Assembly: GCA_963827655.1 (NCBI GenBank)
Contig: CAWHCF010000036.1
Location: forward strand, 232,827-296,826
Source: an uncultured Acidobacteriota bacterium
GTDB lineage: Bacteria; Acidobacteriota; UBA6911
Length of the DNA stretch: 64,000 nt
Direction of reading: 5' to 3'
In this document: positions 49,401-59,663 of the stretch, piece after piece
Numbering within the stretch: the first letter of the stretch is position 1
Layout of the letters: each line of letters opens with the position of its first letter
The notes under the pieces: generated by a model
Told to the model about the DNA's origin: nothing
The model's input: the letters and a program-made list of their open reading frames with translations, nothing else
Databases searched by the model: none
Made by a program: the position numbers and the translations under genes

Positions 49401-51347
49401 TTCCGTGGCTAGCCAGAGATAACCCTCTCGATCTTCGAGAATCCCCCTGATTCCCGTATTTGGGAGACCGTCCTTGCGCGTGAAAACCGTGAAGGTTCCC
49501 GTCCTGGGATCAAGTGTTTGAAGGCCTGTAAAGGTGCCGATCCATAGCCTTCCCTGGCGATCCTCGCGCATGGCGCATACGCGATTGTGGGCCGGGGTCT
49601 GGAACTGCCGTGACTGATCGCGATAGACGGTGAATTGACCCGTGTTGCGGTCAAACCGATTCACCCCGTCGCGAGTCCCCACCCACAACGTTCCGGCTCG
49701 ATCCTCGAGGATGACAGAGACGGTGTCGTGAGATAGACTGTGACTGTCTTTCGGATTGTTGCGATAAACTCTGAATGTTCCTGTCGCCGGGTCAAATCGG
49801 TTCAGCCCTCCGTCCTGTGTGCCCACCCAAAGCACCCCTTGGCGGTCCACAAGAAGAGAAAGCACAAAATTGGTGCTTAAGCTGCCAGGCTGCTTCGTAT
49901 TGTGCTGGTATCTGAAGAATCGTCCAGTGGCGCGATCAAAGCGGTTGAGCCCTCCGCCGTAGGTTCCAAACCAAAGTGCGCCGGAGGCGTCTTCGCGAAT
50001 CGCCGTTACCTTGTCATAAGAAAGGCTGTGTCTGTCCTTGGGGTCATGCCGGTAGAGAGTGAATTGGCCACTGTTTCGATCCACCCGGTTGAGACCACCC
50101 TCCGTGCCCAACCAAAGGAATCCCTGGCTGTCGCCTTGGACGGCCCAAACCATATTGCGATACAAGCTGTTCGGATTACCTGCGCTGTGCTGATAGTTGA
50201 CAAACGGAAGAGGCCTTCTGGGGAAACGGCTCAGGCCACTCCGTGTTCCTACCCACATCATTCCTTCCCTGTCTTCAAACAGCGAGTAGACCCAATCGTT
50301 CGGCAGGCTTTTTGGGTCGGCAGGGTCCGTGCTGTACCGAGTGAACTGGGTGCGTTCAGGATTGAGTTTCAGAAGTCCGCGATCAATTGTGCATAGCCAG
50401 AGTATTCCCTCCTTGTCTTCATACAGGTTATCCACCCCGGCGAAGGCTTCGTTGCCTGATTCTCCTGGATGAAAGGAATAGCGGACGAATCGACCAGTCT
50501 TAACGTTCAGGGCACTGACGCCTCCCACCTTTGTGCCTACCCAGAGTACCCCTGAGTGGTCTTCGCGGACCGAAAGCACATCATCGTGGCCGAGGCTGTG
50601 GGGATCCATCGGATCGTGCAGGAAACGCGAAAACCGCCCCGTGGTTCGATCCAACTTGTTCAGGCCCCTTTGTGTACCTATCCACAGATTGCCCAGCCGG
50701 TCTTCAACAATGGAACTGATAAGACTATTGCTCAGGCTGCCGGCATCCTGGGGATCGTGCTTGTAGTGCAAGAAAGTTCCGCTCGCCGGGTCCAGGCGAT
50801 CCAGCCCCGCTTCGGTTCCAACCCACAGTATGCCGCCGCGGTCCTCGTAGATTTGCCAGACTCTGTCAGCGCTCAAACTCCGAGGGTTGGCGGGATCAGA
50901 CCGGTAGTGGGTAAAGATCTCCTGAGCTGGGTCGAGGCGGTTAAGCCCTCCAAAGGACGTGCCGATCCAGAGGATGCCAGCGCGATCTATGCAAACAGAT
51001 TGGACCCAGTCGTCGCTCAAGCTATTGGGATCGTCCGGATCGCGTCGGTAGGTCTTCAGGTTATATCCATCATACCGGTACAATCCAACATTGGTCCCAA
51101 ACCACAGGAATCCGTATTTGTCTTGCGCGATCCCACCTGTTATTCCACTTTGAAACGATTCCTTATCTACGGAGAGGTGGCTGAACCGGATATCCTGCCT
51201 ATCCACGACTGGAAGCTTCATGAAGCCGTTGCGAAGCGAAGCTGCGAGGCGGTCCTGCGTGCCCGCTCCGGACGCAGAGAGACAGAAAGGCAGCAGGACC
51301 CCGAGGGCAGAGAGGAGCATTGGTCGTAGTCTGGCCGAATGTGTCAT
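46443..51347 (-). CDS. Hybrid sensor histidine kinase: two-component propeller, Y_Y_Y, HisKA, HATPase, 2 REC, Hpt
   Basis: ED..G.LWIGT repeats, [30 protein letters not shown], two REC domains, [13 protein letters not shown]. Confidence 0.95.
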   Translation of the reverse strand: MTHSARLRPMLLSALGVLLPFCLSASGAGTQDRLAASLRNGFMKLPVVDRQDIRFSHLSVDKESFQSGITGGIAQDKYGFLWFGTNVGLYRYDGYNLKTYRRDPDDPNSLSDDWVQSVCIDRAGILWIGTSFGGLNRLDPAQEIFTHYRSDPANPRSLSADRVWQIYEDRGGILWVGTEAGLDRLDPASGTFLHYKHDPQDAGSLSNSLISSIVEDRLGNLWIGTQRGLNKLDRTTGRFSRFLHDPMDPHSLGHDDVLSVREDHSGVLWVGTKVGGVSALNVKTGRFVRYSFHPGESGNEAFAGVDNLYEDKEGILWLCTIDRGLLKLNPERTQFTRYSTDPADPKSLPNDWVYSLFEDREGMMWVGTRSGLSRFPRRPLPFVNYQHSAGNPNSLYRNMVWAVQGDSQGFLWLGTEGGLNRVDRNSGQFTLYRHDPKDRHSLSYDKVTAIREDASGALWFGTYGGGLNRFDRATGRFFRYQHNTKQPGSLSTNFVLSLLVDRQGVLWVGTQDGGLNRFDPATGTFRVYRNNPKDSHSLSHDTVSVILEDRAGTLWVGTRDGVNRFDRNTGQFTVYRDQSRQFQTPAHNRVCAMREDRQGRLWIGTFTGLQTLDPRTGTFTVFTRKDGLPNTGIRGILEDREGYLWLATENGLIRFHPETRDHRTYSESEGLPSNVLNPYLSEGSWQSPSGEMVLSSTNGVTSFYPDRLFTNSYVPPVVLTDLHLFNQRIKPGQGSPLDKPIWMTDSLILNHAQSIFTLQFAGLSYAAPEKNRYRYRLEGLESEWNEVDSTRRQATYTSLPAGRYVFRVLASTKDGVWNDKGITLKLTVLPPWWATWWFRSLMGLAFVGLVLGAHRLRVRGLKLREKRLDELVQQRTAELRATEQELKIAKERAEEATAMKSIFLANMSHEIRTPMNAVIGMAYLALKTPLTDKQRDYLNKIHNAGTSLLGVINDILDVSKIEAGRLDIETVDFRLDDVIASVTSITAQKAQQKGLEFLADVADSVPQNLVGDPLRLGQVISNLINNAIKFTDHGEVYLKVELLEQIGSRARLRFSVRDTGIGMTPEQTARLFQPFSQADASTTRKHGGTGLGLTICRRLVELMGGEIWLESEPGSGSTFRFTVSLGVASGLARSRIVPERLRAVSALVVDDNAAARDILVHSLDGLCARVDAVSSGEEAIAAVKQHDSDEPYDVVFMDWRMPGLDGIETARLIKKEPELKKHPAVVLVTAFGRDEVREEAERVEMDGFLLKPVTQSMLVDTLVTLFSGARQDTTTPASAIDRHADRLSGVRILLAEDHEINQQIAVELLQGVGATVEIANDGLEAVRKMLDQPAPTNFDVVLMDIQMPGMDGYQATKKIRSDPRFEKFPIIAMTAHATIEERQKCLEAGMNAHVSKPINPSSLFETLERFVTPIVKTVAVPAHEQGSAVVAEADELPDVPGLNTAEGLLRVADNRKLYRKLLRQFCNTEADAAQRIAAALAGNDRSLAGRLAHSLKSVAGNIGAKAVQHAAANLEKAITDSVAASDIELWRASLEECLADLIQGLKGIDRADREPAPAGDPGQVKSAVEQLSRYLAKSDGAAIDYFESAAPHLRIFFNKQEFEHFASLIENYAFSEAYEELIAAGERNALTKKI

Positions 51348-52033
51348 GGAGTCTGCCTACTGAACAGCGCGAATCCATTCCAGGGCGAATATCCGCGAGT
51401 GTGAGAGTTGCGCATGTGGAACGCAAAACGGCTATATCCAGGTCCTCGCAGTTCAGAAATCATACGCCTTCTCACAAACAGGAGGCTTCGCCAAGCGCTT
51501 CAAGGAATTCGGAAAGCAACCTTCCAGGAAAACTGCCCGAAGACCCGCAGTCTGATGCGCGACTTACAGAGAACCGAGCCGTGGGGGCCAAGTCACCATG
51601 CACTATGACCGCACACTGCACCAATAAAAGGCAAAGGTCGGGACTAAATGATCGATCGGGGAGAAAGCTGACAGTCCTCTGCGCAGCGAGCTTTGGTTCA
51701 AGGTTTCGCGTCGGTCATCGAATCCGCAGGTCAATCATTCCTTGCTGACTGACTGTGAGCGATCCCTCGTGCCACCAAGCGAAATATAAGCGCCTGTTCT
51801 TGAGAATGGGTTCACGCCCGAGAGCTTCCGACTTGTGATGTCATCTCGACTGCGCGCGTCTTCCCCGGCAATTTCCCGCCACGCCGGATAGTCTATCACG
51901 GATTTTGCGGACTCGCTTCCCGAGGAGGCGTCCATCCAGGCACAATATCTTGCCACGATCGGCAATGATTGACGCCACGTCAGGATCACAAGAATGGCCC
52001 GCGGATCTGGGGACCTCGAGCGAGGCTGAGTCG

Positions 52034-53875
52034 CTATCTTGTCGATTGCAGGGAGCCGAGACGAATCCGGGTTCCTACCGAGAGGTCATGCGCCCGAAAG
52101 GCTTCGATGGAACTGTAGCTGTACCAATGCCACTCCCCGACGATGTCTAGCCGTTTTGTGGCAGGCGCGATCAGCCTGGCTCGAGGAACATAATACCTTG
52201 TGGGTCGGGTGCCTTCGCTCCAGGAAAACGCGCCGCCGGCGTGGAGTACGACTCCGCCCATGAGGCGCACGTCGGCATAGGCACTGCCATGGTGGCCACG
52301 GTCGCTGTATATGGAAATGTCGCGCCGAAAGAACGTCGGGTCGATGAACACGGAGGTCGAATCTATGGTTTCTCTCGAGTAGGTGCCCACGAGTATCGTT
52401 CGCCGTGATTGATTGGGTGTCCATTCCACCGTTACGGCGGCTTGCCGGCTTTGGAAGTCGATACCGACGTTCTCGTTGGACAGTGTCTTCCAAAGGCCGG
52501 TAACCTGCAAGGCATCCGTAATGCGCAACCGTCCTTGAAGGGCTAGCTTGCGGTAATCCTGCAAGCCGGTGCGAAAATAGGTCTCATCGCCGGGGGAGCC
52601 TTCGAAGTCGCCATTCAGCCGCGCGCGGCCCTTCCAAAAACTAAATGTCGCGCCCGCCAAAGCGACGTTTCGACGGATACGCGGGTTGTTTAAAACGGTT
52701 TCGGGGAAGATCAAATCCGCCGGCGGCAGATCCGTATCGCTGCGCACGTAACGATGGCCTGCCCGGACTGTTAACGCACGGCCGATATCGCCGGAGATCT
52801 CCGTTTCGCTCTGGTCATAATGGAGATTCAGATGCGTTCGTGGAGAGGAAACCGGCTCCAGCATCGCCGCGGTACGCGAAGCTCCGGAGATCTCAAAGTC
52901 ATCGGAGAACCAGTTGTAGCGCAGGCGCCAGCGGGGGTGCGGCCGGAACTCGGCGCTGAATGTCCCTGACGTATGGGGCTGGCTGGCGTCGGCAAAGCTT
53001 TGCTCGACCTGGGTCGTGTAGGGTCTGAGGGTTGCCGGGTCCTGGAAGATTCCTTCGGCGTTCAGTTCATGCGTAACTTCCAGCTCGGGACGGCTGTAGA
53101 CGAAATGCCCGCTGAGTGCCAGCTGCTGAAAAGGCTGCGCTTGAAAAAAGCCTCGGGTGAACGGCCCCGAACCGGACCCCTGATACTTCTCCAGCAAGTG
53201 TCCAAGAACGATCGTATCCTGCCGGTTTCCTCCATTGACACTGGAATCCAGCGTTTGGTCGTCGGTGTATCCGGTCCAACCCTGCTCGATGGTGGCGGTC
53301 CAGGCCTCGCCATTAAACTGCACACCGCCGCGCGCGGTTGTCAGCTTGTCGCCGAACGTTGTGAAGACGGGAAACTCATCCCCGCCCCCGACAAATGGCG
53401 TAATCCCCTGCCCGTCTCCTGAAGTGCGCAGGAGTCCAAAGAATGGCGTGACCCGCGATCGGGGCTTGAACCGGAACTCCATATCGAGTTGATTTCGCCG
53501 CAGGTCGATGGCGCGCTGACTGGTTACCGCTCCCTGCGCCAGCAGAGGATTGGCATAGGAAGGCAGATTGTTGAAGTAGGCTAGATCTCGATACTGCAAC
53601 TGAAACTCGTACACCTTCTCTCGGCGCAGGTCGAACCTCAGTTCGCTATTCGGATCGCCGCCCCAGTTATGCGCGCTGAAATCAATGCGATCTTTGCCTT
53701 CATAGCGTACCAGGGCATCGAACAGACGCGGCCCCTCCCCCAGGTTCACGATGCTTCGATAGACCTGTCCTTTGTCGCCGGTCACAAAGCGGTTCCTGAT
53801 ATCGAACTCGGCGCTGAAGGGCTCTTGTGCGTGAAGCCATCCCGCGGTGAACAGAATCACGACGAGAGTCTTCAT
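52034..53875 (-). CDS. MtrB/PioB-like outer-membrane beta-barrel porin
   Basis: Signal peptide, YRSIVNLGEGPRL, amphipathic beta-strand pattern, ATGA overlap with the decaheme gene; assignment relies partly on gene context. Confidence 0.75.
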   Translation of the reverse strand: MKTLVVILFTAGWLHAQEPFSAEFDIRNRFVTGDKGQVYRSIVNLGEGPRLFDALVRYEGKDRIDFSAHNWGGDPNSELRFDLRREKVYEFQLQYRDLAYFNNLPSYANPLLAQGAVTSQRAIDLRRNQLDMEFRFKPRSRVTPFFGLLRTSGDGQGITPFVGGGDEFPVFTTFGDKLTTARGGVQFNGEAWTATIEQGWTGYTDDQTLDSSVNGGNRQDTIVLGHLLEKYQGSGSGPFTRGFFQAQPFQQLALSGHFVYSRPELEVTHELNAEGIFQDPATLRPYTTQVEQSFADASQPHTSGTFSAEFRPHPRWRLRYNWFSDDFEISGASRTAAMLEPVSSPRTHLNLHYDQSETEISGDIGRALTVRAGHRYVRSDTDLPPADLIFPETVLNNPRIRRNVALAGATFSFWKGRARLNGDFEGSPGDETYFRTGLQDYRKLALQGRLRITDALQVTGLWKTLSNENVGIDFQSRQAAVTVEWTPNQSRRTILVGTYSRETIDSTSVFIDPTFFRRDISIYSDRGHHGSAYADVRLMGGVVLHAGGAFSWSEGTRPTRYYVPRARLIAPATKRLDIVGEWHWYSYSSIEAFRAHDLSVGTRIRLGSLQSTR

Positions 53876-54693
53876 CGCAGGAAATCCCGGTTCACAAACG
53901 AGCCATGAGTCTTCGCATGGCAGACGGTGCAGCTTTGATAGCGCGCACTTCGCAGGTCATGAAAGGCCGGCGGCGAGCCACCCGCAAACGACATGGTAGT
54001 CGTGTGGCACTCCAGGCACAATTGGCTCACATTGCTGCGAGTGAGCATGCGGGGATTGGCGGACCCATGCGGTTCATGACAACTTGCGCACGGCTGTACG
54101 CGGACCGGAGCATGCTCGAACGGGAACGGGCCGCGCTTGTCGCCGTGGCACTTGAAACACGCCGTGTCCTGGCCGCCGATGGCGCGCACTCGCGTTGCCG
54201 GCAGGCTGCCGTGCGGATCGTGACAGTCGCCGCAGTGGACTGCGCCTGAGGTCAGCTTATGCGCGAAGGGCCGTTCGAAGCTGGCTCGCACTGCCGGGTG
54301 GCAGCTCGAGCAGAGCGTGTCGCTCGATCGGCGGATATCGGGAGTGTGAACGCGATGGCAGGCATTACAGCCCACGCCGTTCCGCGAATGCGGCGACTCG
54401 AACCGCTGCATCTGTCTACGATCCTGCCCGTGACACTTCTGGCAGGACCGGTTGACCGTATCGGCCTGGCTGCCGGCGTAAATCTTAAGCCGCTCGGGAT
54501 CAAGCGCTTCAACATGCGCCAGTCCGGGTCCGTGACAGGATTCGCAGGACGAGTCGTGGTGCCGATTCTTATGAAACTCATCCGCCTGCGTCTTGTGGCA
54601 AACGGCGCACCGAGGCGATCCGACAAAGCCCCCCTGCGCGTACAGAGCAGAGCTCTGCAACACGAGCCACAGGACTGCCCATTCAGTTCGCAC
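53872..54693 (-). CDS. MtrA/DmsE-family periplasmic decaheme cytochrome c
   Basis: 10 CxxCH; FVGSPRCAVCH, CESCHGPG, CFKCHGDKRGPFPFEHAPV, CHEPHGS, CTVCHAKTHGS. GTG start inferred. Confidence 0.92.
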   Translation of the reverse strand: MRTEWAVLWLVLQSSALYAQGGFVGSPRCAVCHKTQADEFHKNRHHDSSCESCHGPGLAHVEALDPERLKIYAGSQADTVNRSCQKCHGQDRRQMQRFESPHSRNGVGCNACHRVHTPDIRRSSDTLCSSCHPAVRASFERPFAHKLTSGAVHCGDCHDPHGSLPATRVRAIGGQDTACFKCHGDKRGPFPFEHAPVRVQPCASCHEPHGSANPRMLTRSNVSQLCLECHTTTMSFAGGSPPAFHDLRSARYQSCTVCHAKTHGSFVNRDFLR

Positions 54694-57226
54694 TCTGAAG
54701 TTCCAGACCCTGGTGGCATTTGCGGCAATTGTGGAGCGTCGCAAACGCGGTTTTCCCCGGAGCATGACATGCGGCGCACAACTCGCCTCTTGCCTCCGCC
54801 GTTCGGTGATGGTCCGCCGAGTAGCCGGGGAGACCTCGGCGTCCCATCGGGAACAGTCTGTTGTGGCAGTCGCTACAGTCGCCTTTAGCCTTCCCGAGGT
54901 GCAGATTGTGATTGAACGTCACCGGACCGAGCCGATTGGCATAAGTCAAGGGCGCGTCGAGCGCGGCTATCGACCCGCGCGCAGTCAGCTCGGTATGGCA
55001 TTTCAGGCAATTGTCTTTGGCGGCAAAAGCCGTTCCATTGTCCCGATGACAGGCGCCACAGGAGGTTTTGTTCTGTTCGGCCGTTCGATGCAGATTATCG
55101 GCATATCCGAGCATGCCTTTGGCGAGAGGAAAGATTTGGTTGTGACAGCTTCGGCAATTTCCTTTGCTGATATCCACATGGCGGGCATGATCAAATTTGG
55201 CCGGCCCGAGTCGCGTCTCGATCGATCTCGAATCGGGCAACCCGGAGACGCCGGTTTTCGGCGTCGGACGTGGAGTCCCTAGACCCGTATGGCACCGCTG
55301 GCAATTGTCTGCAGAAGCAAATGCGCTGCCGGATGGAGCGTGACATCCGGCACAAGAGGTCCGCGCCGATTCGGCCGGCCGATGCAGGCCGGCGCGATAG
55401 TTGAGGTCGGCCTTCGCCATCGGAAATAGCTTGTTGTGGCAGGCGACGCAATCGCCTTTCGCGAGCGTCACGTGCTGCGCATGGTCGAACGCCGCCGTGC
55501 CCAGCGATGTGTCGTACCGTAACCCGCCCGGCAGACCCGGAGTGTCAGACGTGGAGACGCTGGCAGCCGTACGAAGAGGCGTGCTCAGGTTTGTGTGGCA
55601 GCGCGCGCACTCTCCCTCGGAGGCAAAGGCGGTTCCTCCCGGAGCGTGACAGCCCGCGCATGATGTGCGCGCTGCTTCGGCGGCTCGGTGAAGTTTGGCC
55701 TTGTAGCGTAGATCTCCGCGTTCCATGGGGAAATACTTGTCATGGCAAGCAGTGCACTCGCCATTGGCCCGCGTGAGATGCTTGGCATGGTCGAAAGCCA
55801 CTTCCCCGGCGGCGGACTGGTAGGGAATATTCGCGGGCATTCCGCTATCGGCTGACGCTGATCGTATCGCGACAGGCTCTGACACGGGTTCATTACGCTT
55901 CTCGATGCGGTGGCAGACGGTGCAGCTTTGTGAGACGGGCCTTCGCTGATCGTCCTGACTGACCAGCTCCGAATTGTGGCATCGGTAACATCCGTCGTGA
56001 CCGAGGAAATTCGGATGCGTGCCCCAGTCCACTCCCCATTCCGGGAATACATTGCGGCTGCGAATGGCCACCAGCTCCGTGGCGGCCTTCGAGATTGCGG
56101 CCCCTTGTTCGGCGGCAGCCTGCGGATAGCGGCTCTGGTAGAAGGCGCGCAGAGATTCCGGAATCGCATCCTTCTTTTTGAGTTCGGATAATCCCGCCGC
56201 CTTGATCTCGGGCAGCGTGTGGTCAATCTTCCCCTCGGCCAGGGCCTGGTCCAGGGCCCTGGCGGGGTCTTCAAAGCTATGCGCCGCCCGATTGTGACAA
56301 TCGGTGCAATCCATGGTGCGCAGCTCGCCGTTGGATGGCTGGGCGCCGGCACGAGCGAAGATTGTCTCTCGACCCTGGGGGTTTCGATAGCGAATCCAGT
56401 CAATCTTTTTGCGGTCCGGCGTCGACCGGTACTCTATTTGAGCCCCGTTTGAGAGATGAGCGCCGTGGGCGCCCAGCGGGTTGGCGCCTCCACCGATCAA
56501 AATAGCCAGTTGCGTACGGGTGGCGGAGTTTGCCGCATCCGAACCAAACTCAATGGCCTCCCATCGCTTGTTCCCGAAATCCCGCTCCGCATGACACTTT
56601 GAGCAGGTCAGCTTGCCCTGGGCGAGATTGTGGACCGGAGTAGGAACGGGAATGTGTTCGGTTCCCGTCATCACCTGCAACAGCTGTTTAGCGCCGTTGA
56701 GCTTGGCTGCCACGTACGATCTGGCGCCGGCACCGATGTGGCAGTCGACACACGGCACCTGGGAGTGAGGCGCGATCTTATAGGCCGTGAACTCGGGCGT
56801 CATGATATGGCAAGTGGACCCGCAGAACTCCACGGAATCCATGTGTTCAATGGCGGTGTACGTCAGGTGTCCTCCGATTACGACGTTCAGCACGGTGGTT
56901 ATGGCGAAGAAGAGGACCAGGTTGCGGAACTGAACATTGTTCCATCGAAGCTCGGGAAACTCTGCGGGCGTGCCGATCTTCCGTTTCTGCAGCCGAATGC
57001 CGAGAGGAATCAGTGCCAGTCCCAGGAAGAAGAGCGCGGGCAGCAGGAATACTGTCAACAGTCCGAGATACGGGTGGCTCGACCCGGTCAGATTCGCGGG
57101 TAATGTGAAGAGCCACGATACCGCGGCTGCAGTGACCAGAAAGATACCGATCCGGCTGATCCAGTTGCTGGATAGATAGACCAGAGGTCGCAACCGCTCA
57201 GCGAGCGTGGACTTTGTCGACGGCAA
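54683..57226 (-). CDS. ImcH/NapC-NirT-like membrane quinol dehydrogenase fused to four c7 triheme domains (18 hemes)
   Basis: 3 TM helices, FCGSTCH plus 5 CxxCH, WGTHPNFLGH; then 4 repeats of FxHxxH-CxxCH-H-CxxCH-CxxCH. Start codon uncertain. Confidence 0.9.
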   Translation of the reverse strand: MPSTKSTLAERLRPLVYLSSNWISRIGIFLVTAAAVSWLFTLPANLTGSSHPYLGLLTVFLLPALFFLGLALIPLGIRLQKRKIGTPAEFPELRWNNVQFRNLVLFFAITTVLNVVIGGHLTYTAIEHMDSVEFCGSTCHIMTPEFTAYKIAPHSQVPCVDCHIGAGARSYVAAKLNGAKQLLQVMTGTEHIPVPTPVHNLAQGKLTCSKCHAERDFGNKRWEAIEFGSDAANSATRTQLAILIGGGANPLGAHGAHLSNGAQIEYRSTPDRKKIDWIRYRNPQGRETIFARAGAQPSNGELRTMDCTDCHNRAAHSFEDPARALDQALAEGKIDHTLPEIKAAGLSELKKKDAIPESLRAFYQSRYPQAAAEQGAAISKAATELVAIRSRNVFPEWGVDWGTHPNFLGHDGCYRCHNSELVSQDDQRRPVSQSCTVCHRIEKRNEPVSEPVAIRSASADSGMPANIPYQSAAGEVAFDHAKHLTRANGECTACHDKYFPMERGDLRYKAKLHRAAEAARTSCAGCHAPGGTAFASEGECARCHTNLSTPLRTAASVSTSDTPGLPGGLRYDTSLGTAAFDHAQHVTLAKGDCVACHNKLFPMAKADLNYRAGLHRPAESARTSCAGCHAPSGSAFASADNCQRCHTGLGTPRPTPKTGVSGLPDSRSIETRLGPAKFDHARHVDISKGNCRSCHNQIFPLAKGMLGYADNLHRTAEQNKTSCGACHRDNGTAFAAKDNCLKCHTELTARGSIAALDAPLTYANRLGPVTFNHNLHLGKAKGDCSDCHNRLFPMGRRGLPGYSADHHRTAEARGELCAACHAPGKTAFATLHNCRKCHQGLELQSAN

Positions 57227-59201
57227 ATTGCGATCCCGTTCCGTGGCATGTCGCACAGCTCTCACCGAATCTCGATGAGATGTTGAGGTCGGCATGCGCA
57301 GCGGTCGAAGTAGTGGTGTGGCAACTCAGACACGCGCCCGTCGCCGGCGGTGACGGGTTGAAGAATCCTTTGGGATCAATCGCCGATGCAAGATTCTCTA
57401 GCAGCGGCAGCTGTTCCGACCCGTTGTCATGACAGGCGCCGCAGTCGTTTCTCGGCCGCGGATAGCGAAGCCCATTGTAATTGGTCCCCCCAATGGTGTA
57501 TTCGCGCGTATTGTCCACACCGAGATGGATCCGATGAATCATTTCCTTGAAGTTGATCGACTCCGGCGGGTTGGCCTCGTCGGTCCCGGTAGGATTGTGA
57601 CAGAGCACGCACTGCAGCGGGTCGTTGCGGTTCGAGCCGTGGAAATTGAGAGAGTAATGGCAGACGCTGCATTTAGCGTTGTTACGACCTGCCGCCGCGG
57701 TTTCACGGTCGTGTCGGTCACCCGGAAAGACAGCACTACGTTGTGGCCCGCATCTCGCACTTCCCTTTGCTGCAGCGTTCCCGGCAGCAAGATTTCGTTT
57801 TTGTAACCTTCAATTCCCACAGTCCAGCTCAGTTTCGCAGCTTGCGGAAGCGCAGCCTGTGAATTGATAGGTGTACCGTCCGTCCGCACCCGCCGAGGCC
57901 ATCCGAGCGTCTTCGCTGATGTAGGGCCCGTTGTCGGCATTCGAATCCACCGGTCCGGCGAGTACCAGAGCCAGCCTGTCCAGTGACGAGGGAGCCAGCG
58001 GCTTGTCTGATTTGTCGCTCACACCGAATGTGACGGCCGGGCTTTGACCCGGCGCCGTATTCTGAATACCGAAGAGCTGGAATTTGACGCCGGGTAGAGA
58101 CTTGGAGAACCTTTCAACGGTATGGGCGCCCTTGATCGAAATGTCGAATTCCAACTCACCTTCGGGGATATGGCACTGACGGCATTGGTTGTCCGATACC
58201 TGCGGCAGCGCGGCATGATTTTCTCCGGTGGCGAAATTGACATTGTCATGACAGCTTCCGCAGGCGCGGCGGCTCGGGTTGGTCAAGTGCTGATTGCCGG
58301 TGGCGCCTTCCAGGTGGCAGACGGTGCAGTTACGGACATCGGCCGGGAAGACGACCGTAGAATAATCGTGGACGGATTGATTATTGCCGATGATCACGTA
58401 GGGTTTGCCGGCCATGACGCTGGGTAAGCCTGATCCCTGATGGATCTTGTGCACCATGGTCGTAAAATCCACGGTGTTACCGGTGTCGGGATCCGTTGTC
58501 TGCGGAGTGTGACACATAATACAAACCTCAACCGTAGTCCGGCTGCCGTGAAAAACCAGCGGGGTTCCGTGGCAGGAGTCGCATTTCTGATTGGACGTAA
58601 TCTGCCGGGTTTCTGTCACGGCTGAGCCGGCCGGTACCCAGTTGAAGGTCTTCGCCGCCAACGAGTTACTAAGCTCGAATTCAGACAAATCGCGGCTCGC
58701 ATAGGCGCCAACCGTGTGGGTAGCGGTCCGATCGTAGCCGGTGGGCAGTTTTGTGTTGAACCGGTATTCGTACACTCCGTCGCTGATCTTGGTGAAGGTG
58801 CCTCCGGAATCGGTAGCGGCTTGAATTGCACTCACGCCATTTGTGGGGCTGGTCTGAGTTCTGGTGATGTAGGAAGTGTATATGCCCTGGCCGCGCGGAA
58901 TGTAGCCCAGCAGGGAGCTGATGCTCACCGGACCGGGCGTGACAATACCCTCGCGATCAAGCGGTAGTCCCTGGGGATCTGTAATCTTGAACTGATACCG
59001 GACGGTACCGTCCGCATCCACGGTTACGGACAGAATATTCAGCACGAGTCCTGGCCGGATGAAACTCAGTTGCTGCTCATCAAGAAACGCAGCTTTGCTT
59101 TTCTGAGTTGAGTCTTTTTGAATGCTGACTGCAGCCCAGCCGGAAATGGCCAGACAGCCGACAAGCAGGGTCGTGACTCTGAACCGCGTTTTGTTTGTCA
59201 T
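57198..59201 (-). CDS. OmcA/MtrC-family decaheme cytochrome, interrupted by compensating +1/-1 frameshifts (about 57850 and 57680)
   Basis: Two beta domains each followed by 5 CxxCH (CDSCH, CIMCH, CTVCH, CGSCH, CRQCH; CSVCH, CVLCH, CGACH, CLSCH, CATCH); FHGSR, MVHKIH and MIHRIH motifs. Confidence 0.9.
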
Positions 59202-59307
59202 GAAGACCTTATGGTTGCGCGAACGCTAGGTTCTAACACAAGGATGCGCATAGGTGGCTTTTAGCCGACCGCTGAGCATGCACTTGCCAAACTACGGTTC
59301 CGGATTC

Positions 59308-59367
59308 GCGTTATTATAAGCTCTGGGGGTTGCGTGATTATAAGCCCTGGGGGCCGCCAACAGTCAA
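59308..59367 (-). promoter_or_regulatory. Tandem 22-bp repeat with two TATAAT boxes upstream of the cytochrome operon
   Basis: GCGTTATTATAAGCTCTGGGGG (59308-59329) and GCGTGATTATAAGCCCTGGGGG (59332-59353); TTGACT lies 19 bp upstream of the distal TATAAT on the minus strand. Confidence 0.5.
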
Positions 59368-59663
59368 GCAAACTCTTCTGTAGGGACGCCAGCTCGGATA
59401 GACCGCGTGGAGAGCGACCAGTTTGAGTAGACGCCGCCAAACTTCCCGGCAAAACTGTGATTCGGCCGTATGGCTGTCCAGGCTACGCACTGCCGGGCCT
59501 TCGACCTCTCCAATCTGTTCACGTCTTCTGACGAGCCGGCTTTGAGCTTTCTCCAATCGTTTCACGTCTCTGAGCTATTGTTTCTTTCTGCTGAACCACA
59601 GGCCGAAGGCCGGCAGAAGCTAGGCCCACGCCGAGCGATGGACTACTGGCGGCAGTGGGGTCA

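Noticed and set aside
51400-52030. Possible IS or gene remnant between the kinase and porin genes
   Set aside because: Only faint resemblance to known proteins; no termini or motifs I can defend.
59274-59290. Sigma54-like TTGGCAAGTGCATGC upstream of the MtrC-like gene
   Set aside because: GG-to-GC spacing is 9 nt instead of the required 10.
59308-59353. Mini CRISPR array
   Set aside because: Only two units with a 2-bp gap, no spacers and no cas genes; no CRISPR array was seen anywhere in the window.
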